Shown here one piece after another: positions 56,156 to 64,000 of a stretch of 64,000 nucleotides of DNA. Position numbers and translations under genes: made by a program. Source of the DNA: Dehalococcoidia bacterium (GTDB taxonomy: Bacteria; Chloroflexota; Dehalococcoidia; Bin125); NCBI GenBank assembly GCA_963662615.2, contig CAXXSR010000001.1, forward strand, positions 544,001 through 608,000. Reading direction: 5' to 3'. Each line of letters begins with the position of its first letter. The first letter of the stretch is position 1. The notes under the pieces are model-generated. The model searched no databases. It worked only from the letters and a program-made list of their open reading frames with translations, and was not told the DNA's origin.

Positions 56156-58544
56156 GGACGCCGGCGTGGCGGCGCCCGACGCGCCGCAACGCGAGGTCGT
56201 GCTGCCGGTGCGGGGGATGCACTGCGCCTCATGCGTACTGCGCATCGAGACCGCGCTGGAGGCGGTGCCCGGCGTCGCCGATGCCAGCGTCAACCTCGCC
56301 AGCGAGCGCGCCACCGTGCGCGTCGTGGCGGGCCTCGCCGACGAAGCGCTGGTCGAGGCCGTGGAAGGCGCCGGCTATTCAGTCCGGCAAGCGGCCTCAG
56401 CGGACGCCGTCGACGAGGAGGCGGAGGAGCGCGAGCGCGCCCGCGAGCGGCGCGCCCTCTTGCAAGACGCGGTGCTCGCACTGGCGCTGGGATGGTCCGC
56501 CTTCCTCGCCCTGCAGATCAACCGCTGGGCGGACTTGAACTGGGACAAAGACGCCCTCTTCATCACGCTCTTCGCCGTCGCCACGCCGGCCTTTCTCTTC
56601 ACCGGCCGCCACATCTTCGTCGCCGCCTTCCGCGTCGCGCGACACCGCTCCACCGACATGGACACGCTCATCACCATGGGCGTCTGGGCGGCCTTCGGCT
56701 ACAGCGTCGCCGCCACCTTCGCCCCCGGCCCCTTCGCCGACGCCGGCCTCAGGCGCGAGACGTTCTACGAGACGGCGCTGATCATCGTCGGTTTCGTCTC
56801 CCTGGGCCGCTATCTGGAGGCGCGCGCGAAGGGCCGTACCTCCCGCGCCATCAAGCGGCTGCTCACCCTCCGCCCCCAGACCGCGCACGTCCTCCGCGAC
56901 GGCGAGGAGCGGGAAGTGCCCGTCGACACGCTCGTCGTCGGTGATGAGGTCGTGGTCCGTCCCGGCGAACAGTTCCCTGTCGACGGCGCCGTCCTGGACG
57001 GCCTCAGCAGCGCCGACGAGTCCATGCTCACCGGCGAGAGCATTCCCGTCGACAAGCGGCCGGGCGATCGCGTCTTCGGCGCCACCATCAACGGCACCGG
57101 GCTGATCCGTTTCCGCGCGACTGAAGTCGGCAGCGCCACCGTGCTCGCACGCATCATCGCCCTGGTCCAGGCGGCGCAAGGATCGAAGGCGCCCGTCCAG
57201 CATCTCGCCGACCGTGTGGCCTCCATCTTCGTCCCCGTCGTGATCGCCATTGCGCTCGGCGCCTTCATCCTTTGGCTGCTCGTGGGCCCCGACCCGGAAC
57301 TCACCTTCGCGGTTCTCAACGGCGTCGCGGTGCTGATCGTGGCCTGCCCCTGCGCCCTGGGGCTGGCCACGCCCACGGCGATCATGGCGGGCACGGGAAA
57401 GGCGGCGGAGCACGGCATCCTCTTCCGCAACGCCGAATCATTGGAGCGCGCGCACAACGTCGACACGGTGATCCTGGACAAGACCGGCACCATGACCGTG
57501 GGCCGCCCCACCGCCACTGATGTGGTCGGCCTGAACGGTCACTCGCGCGACCAGCTCCTCCGCCTCGCCGCCGCCGTGGAACGCGGCTCCGAGCACGCGC
57601 TCGCCCAGGCAATCGTTGAGGCAGCGCAAGCGGCGGGCCTGACCACGACTGCGGCCACCGACTTCAACGCCCTCCCCGGCCGTGGCGCCCGCGCCCGGGT
57701 CGATGGCCGCACCGTCGAGGTCGGCAACGCGCGTTTCATGGCCGAGCAGGGCTACCCGCTCGGCGACGCCGAGCAGCAGGGCGCGGCCTTCGCCGCGGCG
57801 GGGAAGACGCCGGTGTTCGTCGCCGTCGGCGGCGGGCTGGCCGGCATTATCGCCATCGCCGACACGGTCAAGCCGACTTCCCGGCGCGCCGTCGCCGATC
57901 TTCGCGCTCTGGGCCTGCGCACGCTGCTGCTCACCGGCGACAACCGCGCGACGGCCCAGGCCGTCGCCGACGACATCGGCGTGGATGAGGTCATCGCCGA
58001 CGTGCTCCCGGGGGACAAGGCTGCCGCCGTCGCCCAACTGCAAGCAGAGGGCCACACGGTGGCGATGGTCGGCGACGGCATCAACGACGCTCCCGCCCTG
58101 GCGCAGGCCGACGTGGGCATCGCCATGGGCGGCGGCGCCGACGTCGCCATCGAGGCGGCCGGCGTCACCCTCATGCGCGACGACCCTCGCGGCGTCGTCC
58201 AGGCCCTGGCGGTCAGCCGCGTCACGATGCGCACCATCCGCCAAAATCTGGCTTGGGCCTTCGGCTACAACATCCTGCTCATCCCCATCGCCGCCGGTCT
58301 CTTCTACCCCGTCTTCCAAGCCGCCGGCCCTGTGCCCGGCGGGCTCGAATGGCTCTTCGGCGAGCGCGGCTTCTTCGAGCCCATCGTGGCCGGCTTCGCC
58401 ATGATGCTCTCCAGCCTCAGCGTGATGGCGAACTCTCTCCGCCTGCAACGGCTCCGCCTGCGCAGCGACGACGGCGCTCCACCGGCCTCGCACCGCCACG
58501 CCGGGCCGCGCCCCGGCGTCGCGCCCGCCCGCTCCAGCGGCTAA
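56142..58544 (+). CDS. copA: Cu(I)-translocating P1B-type ATPase
   Basis: HMA motif GMHCASC, TGES, CPC, DKTGT, GDGIND, YN in TM7 and MMLSS in TM8. Confidence 0.95.
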   Translation: MPPTEDAGVAAPDAPQREVVLPVRGMHCASCVLRIETALEAVPGVADASVNLASERATVRVVAGLADEALVEAVEGAGYSVRQAASADAVDEEAEERERARERRALLQDAVLALALGWSAFLALQINRWADLNWDKDALFITLFAVATPAFLFTGRHIFVAAFRVARHRSTDMDTLITMGVWAAFGYSVAATFAPGPFADAGLRRETFYETALIIVGFVSLGRYLEARAKGRTSRAIKRLLTLRPQTAHVLRDGEEREVPVDTLVVGDEVVVRPGEQFPVDGAVLDGLSSADESMLTGESIPVDKRPGDRVFGATINGTGLIRFRATEVGSATVLARIIALVQAAQGSKAPVQHLADRVASIFVPVVIAIALGAFILWLLVGPDPELTFAVLNGVAVLIVACPCALGLATPTAIMAGTGKAAEHGILFRNAESLERAHNVDTVILDKTGTMTVGRPTATDVVGLNGHSRDQLLRLAAAVERGSEHALAQAIVEAAQAAGLTTTAATDFNALPGRGARARVDGRTVEVGNARFMAEQGYPLGDAEQQGAAFAAAGKTPVFVAVGGGLAGIIAIADTVKPTSRRAVADLRALGLRTLLLTGDNRATAQAVADDIGVDEVIADVLPGDKAAAVAQLQAEGHTVAMVGDGINDAPALAQADVGIAMGGGADVAIEAAGVTLMRDDPRGVVQALAVSRVTMRTIRQNLAWAFGYNILLIPIAAGLFYPVFQAAGPVPGGLEWLFGERGFFEPIVAGFAMMLSSLSVMANSLRLQRLRLRSDDGAPPASHRHAGPRPGVAPARSSG

Positions 58545-58564
58545 CGACGAACGGAAGCACAACG

Positions 58565-58783
58565 ATGACCACCAAGACGGTGACACTCCACCTTCCCGCC
58601 ATTCACTGCGACGGTTGCCTGGGCGCGGTCCGCCGGACGCTGGAAGGCGCCGGCGCGGCGTTCGAGTCGGGCGACGTCCAATCCAAGCGGGTGACGGTGC
58701 GTTTCGACCCCGACCGCCTCAGCCGCGAGGACGTCGTTGGCGCGCTCGAGCGCAGTGGCTTCCCTCCCGAAGCTGAGGAATGA
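58565..58783 (+). CDS. copZ: Heavy-metal-associated (CopZ-like) chaperone
   Basis: 72 aa with IHCDGC and a C-terminal GF. Confidence 0.85.
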   Translation: MTTKTVTLHLPAIHCDGCLGAVRRTLEGAGAAFESGDVQSKRVTVRFDPDRLSREDVVGALERSGFPPEAEE

Positions 58784-59672
58784 CCGTCGCGGCCACGGCG
58801 TTGTTTGCACGTGCGCGGCGGCGGCCAGTTGGCCTCAGGCTCGTGCTGACCGCGGCGCTCGGCGTCGCGCTGGCGTCGCTGTTCTGGTACACCGGCCTGG
58901 TCGATGGCGAGTTTGTGGCGGGCTGGCAGGATCAGCTTGCCGGCGCCCGCAGTGGCCCGGCCGTGGCTGTCGGCATGGCTCTGGCGCTGCTGATCGGCGC
59001 CTCCATGGTCGTCCTGCCCTGCGGCTTTCCCGCCCTGTTCCTGGTGCCGTCGATCCTGGAGCGAGAGCGTTCCACCCGGGGACGGCTGCGATCGCTGGGG
59101 GTCTTCGCCTTGGGAGCGACCCTCCCTTTGGCGGCGGCCGGGGCGATCCTGGGGCTGGCCGGCGGCGGCCTTTGGGACAGCCTCTCCGGCCAATCCCGCG
59201 TGCTCTTCGCCGCGACCTTCTACCCGCTGCTGGGGCTGGTCGCGATCGTCTATGCGCTGGTCCAGTTCGGCGTCCTGCACCGGCAGGGCGCGTTGGTGCG
59301 CATCGCCGGACCCACCATGCCAGGCGAGGATGCTCCGGCCCGCCGCTCCGCTGTCCTGGGGGCCACGTTCGGTGCGGGGCTAGGGATGGCCTGTCCCATG
59401 CCCACCTACTACGCCCTGCTGGCCTGGGTCGCGGTGGCGGCCAACCCCTGGTACGGGGCCCGCTGGTGCTGGGCGCCTACGGGCTGGGGCGCGTGCTGCC
59501 GGCCATCGGGCTGGGCCTGCTGATCGTGGCCGGCACAAGCGGCCGCGCCGTCTCACAGCGGCTGGTCGCCCTGCACGATCGCTTGGAGTTGGGCTCCGCC
59601 GTCATCATGGCGACGCTGGGAGTGTTCCTGATCGCGCTGTTCGGCGGCTTCATCGGCACCGGCCTGCTCTAG
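58780..59672 (+). pseudogene. CcdA/DsbD-like transmembrane redox protein, frameshifted near 59460
   Basis: TM helices with LPC and ACP; reading continues in another frame as LVLGAYGLGRVLP...; junction TACGGGGCCCGCTG (+2 or -1). Confidence 0.75.
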
Positions 59673-59685
59673 CGCCCCACGCCGC

Positions 59686-60477
59686 CTAGTACTGCTGCGC
59701 CTCGGCCATCTCCCGCGGCGCCCACTCCAGCGAGTTGATGCTCGCCTTCGCCGCCATGGAGATGAAGCCCGCGTCCGACGACAGCGCGATCCATTTGAAG
59801 CCCTCGTCAATGCGCTGATTGACGGCATCGGCGGAGGCGCAATGGATGCCGGGCGGCACGCCGTGGCGTTCGCAGCCCTCGCGAATCGCGGTCACCGCCG
59901 CCACGTGATCCGGGTGTGCATTGTCCAGGCCCAGCGGCAGCCCCATCGACGCCGCCAGGTCGTTGGGGCCAATGAAGACGGCGTCAATGCCCGGCACGCT
60001 CAGGATCTCGTCCACGTCCTCCACGGCCTTGATCGTCTCCAGCATCAGCACCACGCAGATCTCTTCGTTGGCGCGCTCGGCGTAATCCGGTCCGCCGTAG
60101 AGGCGGCCGCGCATGGTCCCCATGCCGCGGTAGCCGTCGGGCGGATAGCGGCAGGCGCCCACGGCGCGCTCCGCCTCCTCCTTGCTCTGCACCGTGGGGA
60201 TCACGACCCCGTACGCCCCGATGTCCAGCGCCCGCTTGATGATCTGTGGATCGTTCCAGGGGACGCGTGCGAAGGGGATCGTGGGCGTGGTGCCGACGGC
60301 ATGGAAGAGCGACTGCAGTTGATTCAGATCGATGGCGTTGTGCTCCATGTCCACGTTCAGCCAGTCGAAGCCCTGATGCGCCAGCAGCTCCGCGGCCAGC
60401 GGGCTGCCCGTCGACAGCCACGTGCCGACGCTTGGCGTTCCCTCTTTGATCTTGTGCTTGACCACGTTCCTGCGCAT
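59686..60477 (-). CDS. HpcH/HpaI (GarL-like) class II aldolase
   Basis: GFDWLNVDMEH, ALDIGAYGV, RYPP.G.RG, MLET and FIGPNDL motifs. Confidence 0.92.
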   Translation of the reverse strand: MRRNVVKHKIKEGTPSVGTWLSTGSPLAAELLAHQGFDWLNVDMEHNAIDLNQLQSLFHAVGTTPTIPFARVPWNDPQIIKRALDIGAYGVVIPTVQSKEEAERAVGACRYPPDGYRGMGTMRGRLYGGPDYAERANEEICVVLMLETIKAVEDVDEILSVPGIDAVFIGPNDLAASMGLPLGLDNAHPDHVAAVTAIREGCERHGVPPGIHCASADAVNQRIDEGFKWIALSSDAGFISMAAKASINSLEWAPREMAEAQQY

Positions 60478-60680
60478 GGGATCGCTCCGCCTTCCCTGAC
60501 TCGGAATGATGGTCCGTCTCTGCGGGTCGCTGCCTTGACCGGCGCGCCGCGCGCCCGCGCGGAATCCGGATTGCGGCGCGGGCGCCGGAGGGCAGTCTAG
60601 CACCCGCCGGGCCGGCCGACGGCGTCGCGCAACATGGGGCGGGCACCGTTGCCGAGGAGGGGTGGCGTGCGGGAGCGGGG

Positions 60681-61478
60681 CTAGGCGACGCTGTCGCGGC
60701 GCTCCTTGCGGTCGCGCAGCTTGGCGGCGTAGAGGTCGCGGTCGGCGGCAATGAGGGCGCTGTCGGCGTCGGCATGGTCGGCCAGCAGCGCCGTCCCAAC
60801 GCTGAGCGAAAGCCGCGCCTCCCGCCCCTGGGCATCCGTGTACACCGGCTTCCAGGGCGCGGCGCTCCGGATCCGTGCCGCCAACTGGCGAACGCCCTCG
60901 GCGCCCGCCCGGCGGACGATCACAGCGAACTCATCCCCCCCCAATCGCGTGGGCAGGTCCGATTCCCGCGTCTCCTCTCGCAGCACGCGTGCGACCCGCA
61001 CCAGCGCCATGTCCCCGACATGGTGACCGAACGTGTCATTGATCTGCTTGAAGAGGTCCACGTCAATCAGCAAGAGCGCGTCTCCGGCGCCCTCGGGACG
61101 GTGCCGTTGGTCCGCCATCGCTCCGTCCAGCGCCCGCACAAAGGTGTAGCGGTTCGCCAGCCCCGTGAGCCGGTCCGTGGTGGCGTCTCGCTCGAACGTC
61201 GCCGCTTGCCGCCGCAGCGCCGCGATGATCTGGGACAGCCGCCTCGTGGAGCGGCGCTGGGCGCGGCGCGAGAGGTAGTGCGAACACGCCGCCCCGGCGA
61301 CGACCGCAGCCGCGGCGATGGGGAGGTGCAGCGTGTCGCTGGGGACGCCGTCCAGGACCACGAAGGCGGCAACGGGGATCCAGATCCCATGCCGGAGCAG
61401 CGCGCGCAGACGAGCCGCCACGCTGCGCGCGGGGAAAGGCACTGCCACTAAGCGCGGCACAGCCTTCAGGCGCGGCAC
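60681..61478 (-). CDS. Membrane-associated diguanylate cyclase (GGDEF)
   Basis: TDRLTGLANR, DVDLFKQINDTFGH..GD, RESD I-site and RLGGDEF. Confidence 0.92.
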   Translation of the reverse strand: MPRLKAVPRLVAVPFPARSVAARLRALLRHGIWIPVAAFVVLDGVPSDTLHLPIAAAAVVAGAACSHYLSRRAQRRSTRRLSQIIAALRRQAATFERDATTDRLTGLANRYTFVRALDGAMADQRHRPEGAGDALLLIDVDLFKQINDTFGHHVGDMALVRVARVLREETRESDLPTRLGGDEFAVIVRRAGAEGVRQLAARIRSAAPWKPVYTDAQGREARLSLSVGTALLADHADADSALIAADRDLYAAKLRDRKERRDSVA

Positions 61479-61647
61479 GGCGGTGGCTCCGTCCGTGGCT
61501 GGAAGCCGACCCAGCGGATCTTCATCCTGTGATTATCGGCGGCCGCGCTCCCCATCAACAGAGAGCGCTTCGCGGGGGGGGCTTGGCGGCTGCCCAGGCG
61601 GCGGACGCTTCCGGGGGACCCGTCTCCCAACGGCGACGGGTGGCTCG

Positions 61648-63279
61648 CTACGTCCCGGCCTGCGCCTGCGCCTCCACGGCGCCGCCCGTGGGCGCCGGCC
61701 TAACGGCGCGGCCGCGCGGGAAGATGACGAAGCGACGCTGCAGCTCCGCTTCGTAGTCCTGCACCGCTCGATCGCGCTGCGCGTCCGTCCACCCCAGGCG
61801 CGCCTGCATGATGGCGGCGGTGGCGGGCGCCGCCGCCCGCCCGAGGTCGTGGGTCAGTCCTACGGGCGTGCGGCGCAAGAGCACGTCGCCTACGGTGCGC
61901 GCCCCTTCCTGCTCCACCGCGTACGCCACCTCCGCGCCGATCTCGGCGTGGCAGGGGCTAATCGGCTCCGCCAGCGGCGGCTCCGCCGCCGCGTAGGCCG
62001 CCACGTCGGCGCCGCGTTGGCCGTAGCGCCCGCGCAGATGTTCCAGCGTCTCGGCGGGGAGGAACGAGACGTGTCCCGGTCCGCGGACAGGGAGGTCGCG
62101 GGGACGTCCGCTGCGCGGCGCCGCCCCGATCACGCGTCGCACGGAGCGCGCCGTCGCCTCCCCCAGGCGCGCGCCCGTCGTCAGTTTGCCGCCCACAATG
62201 GAGAGCAGCCGCGCCACGCCTTCTTGCTCGTGGTTGATGATGTACGAGCGCCGACTGATCTCGCCTTCCGAGACGCCGCTGCCTCGATGCGGGAGCGGCC
62301 GCACACCGCTGTAGCTGTAGAGGACGTGCTCCCGGTCCACGCCGATTCCCGGCAGGATGCGCGCGACCTCTGTGAGCAGGTAGTCCACTTCCCATTCCTC
62401 GCAGCGCGCCGCGCCGGGATCGCCGTGGTAGTAGGTGTCGGTGGTGCCAATGAGGTGATGATCGAGCCAGGGGATCGCGAAGATATGCCGACCGTCGGAG
62501 TGGGCGCGGGCGATGATGGCGTGCTGGGGACCGCGACCATCCAGCTGCAGCACCAGGTGCGATCCCTTCGTTCCGCCGATCCGCCGCGTCAGCGCGCGAC
62601 CCGTCAAGGCCAGCACGCCGTCCACCCAGGGACCGGCGGCGTTGATCACCAAGCGCGCGCCGGCGCCGTGCCGCCGGCCTGTCAGGGCATCGTGGAACTC
62701 GACGCCCTGCGCCACGCCTTTGCTCACCACAATGGCGTCCACCAGGCAATAGTTGCGCAGGTCCGCGCCCGCCACCCGAGCCTCGCTGAGGTACTCCATG
62801 CAGAGGCGCTCCGGCATCAGCACCTGCGCGTCATGGAAGAGGAAGGCGGACGTCAAGCCGGCCGTCTGGATGGTGGGTTCTTGACGCTGCAGCTCCCGCG
62901 TGCTGAACGACCGATGCCAGGGTGACACTTTGCGCGGCGAGAGCAGGTCGTAGAGCACGAGGCCGGCGCGAATCACCGCGCCCGGTTGCTGCTCGCCCGC
63001 GTAGACCGGCAGGATGAACGCGAGCGGCTGGACCAGATGGGGGCGTTGGCGCAGCAGCAGCTCCCGCGCCTGCAGCGACTCGTGCACCAGGCCTGGGTCA
63101 CCGCTGGCCAGGTAGCGGAAGCCGCCGTGGATCAACTTCGTGGAGGCGGCCGTGGTGCCGGCGGCGAAGTCGCTCCCTTCCAGCAGCAGGATTCGGTACC
63201 CTTGCCGCGTCAGCGCCGCCGCGACCGCCGCGCCGTTGATCCCCCCGCCAATGATGATGACGTCGTACTCAGGGTTCAC
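61648..63279 (-). CDS. glpD: Glycerol-3-phosphate dehydrogenase (FAD)
   Basis: IGGGING, GTTAASTKLIHGG.RYL, NAAGPWVD, KGSH, GTTD, SGVRPL and GGKLTT motifs; GTG start at 63279. Confidence 0.9.
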   Translation of the reverse strand: MNPEYDVIIIGGGINGAAVAAALTRQGYRILLLEGSDFAAGTTAASTKLIHGGFRYLASGDPGLVHESLQARELLLRQRPHLVQPLAFILPVYAGEQQPGAVIRAGLVLYDLLSPRKVSPWHRSFSTRELQRQEPTIQTAGLTSAFLFHDAQVLMPERLCMEYLSEARVAGADLRNYCLVDAIVVSKGVAQGVEFHDALTGRRHGAGARLVINAAGPWVDGVLALTGRALTRRIGGTKGSHLVLQLDGRGPQHAIIARAHSDGRHIFAIPWLDHHLIGTTDTYYHGDPGAARCEEWEVDYLLTEVARILPGIGVDREHVLYSYSGVRPLPHRGSGVSEGEISRRSYIINHEQEGVARLLSIVGGKLTTGARLGEATARSVRRVIGAAPRSGRPRDLPVRGPGHVSFLPAETLEHLRGRYGQRGADVAAYAAAEPPLAEPISPCHAEIGAEVAYAVEQEGARTVGDVLLRRTPVGLTHDLGRAAAPATAAIMQARLGWTDAQRDRAVQDYEAELQRRFVIFPRGRAVRPAPTGGAVEAQAQAGT

Positions 63280-63684
63280 TCGAGTCTCTCGCCATCGCGG
63301 GAGGTCCGGCCCCTGCCCCACTGCCGGGCGAGCACTGCGCCGCCGGGCGTGGCCCGACGTTGCGCGCCTGCCCTTGGACGCGACGCGCGGACGTCGGTCG
63401 GGCGCACCTTCGCGGCCGTGCCCCGTCCTTCCCCTGCCGGTCCGCGTCCTCGCCGCGGAACCGCAGGACGCGACGCTCCCCCACGGTGCATGCATCGACG
63501 GTGGCGGCCGTTGCGAGGGACACAGACGGAGAGCGCCGCCTGCACCCGTCGCGGCTGAGAGCAGCGGCCGGGCAGAGCCGCCTGTGCCCCATCGACGTGC
63601 CGCGTGCCTCGCCGGCGCGGGAGGGCGCAGCCTGTCGCCGTGCCTCGGGCGGTGGGACGGTTGGCCGCCCAGGCCGCGGTCGCG

Positions 63685-63783
63685 CTACCCTTCCTCTTCC
63701 CCGCGGCCACGGCGGCCCATAATAAACTTGCCTGCCGCCGCCACCATGGCCAGTAAGGCGCCCATCTTCAGCATCTTTTTCAC
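63685..63783 (-). CDS. 32-aa small membrane-associated peptide (below the ORF-track cutoff)
   Basis: AGAGGAGGGAG RBS, then GTG; MKKMLKMGALLAMVAAAGKFIMGRRGRGEEEG*. Confidence 0.6.
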   Translation of the reverse strand: MKKMLKMGALLAMVAAAGKFIMGRRGRGEEEG

Positions 63784-64000
63784 GCGGCTCTCCCTCCTCT
63801 TCGCGCTATTCACCCAAACAGCCGCGCCCGCTCGCACTTCGGCGGAGGGACAGTCGGCTGGCTCGAACGGCAGTCTAGCACTCGCTCCGTCGCGTCGGCA
63901 GCCTGGGCGCGGGCGAATTATTCCGCCTGGCCCACCACTGATTCGGGGATGCGAAAGCGGGCGCCGCGGCCAAATGCGTTGGCCTCATACCAGCCATCCG

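Noticed and set aside
1101-62925. Very long antisense or overlapping ORFs (e.g. 1101..3215, 5326..7410, 10380..12149, 19932..22043, 23197..25995, 30556..32196, 61318..62925)
   Set aside because: They are shadows of well-supported genes on the opposite strand; stops are scarce in high-GC DNA; no motifs, and the composition is rich in Arg/Gly/His/Val

Overview
GC-rich bacterial chromosome segment, most consistent with a Chloroflexota (Dehalococcoidia-like) heterotroph. This is inferred from 'AACGGD' lipoproteins, F420-dependent enzymes and paralogous cyclases. Core-type content: phoB-phoR-pstSCA with a putative Pho box, a 2-oxoacid:ferredoxin oxidoreductase, an FAD amine oxidase, malate synthase, csrA, tRNA-Gly(TCC), pncA-pncB, a MerR-CopA-CopZ-CcdA copper operon with its operator, a GGDEF protein and glpD. 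The most striking signal, missed by the ORF track, is selenocysteine recoding at 46.4-52.4 kb. A 102-codon HesB/IscA-like gene (46372-46680, minus) carries two in-frame UGA codons, each followed by its own SECIS-like hairpin. The radical SAM gene cotranscribed with nfuA reads through UGA into a C-U-AEP tail with a third SECIS-like hairpin. The same stretch is dense in a self-nesting palindromic repeat, and one 117-nt copy sits in-frame inside the radical SAM gene. Other oddities: accessory genes typical of propane-monooxygenase operons without the monooxygenase, an HtrA lacking its catalytic His and Ser, duplicated LPXTG-anchored CHRD proteins, three segments bounded by 24-30 bp direct repeats, four disrupted genes and four 3'-only gene remnants. 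No CRISPR array, rRNA, integrase or transposase was seen. All family calls come from motif recognition by eye; no database search was run.
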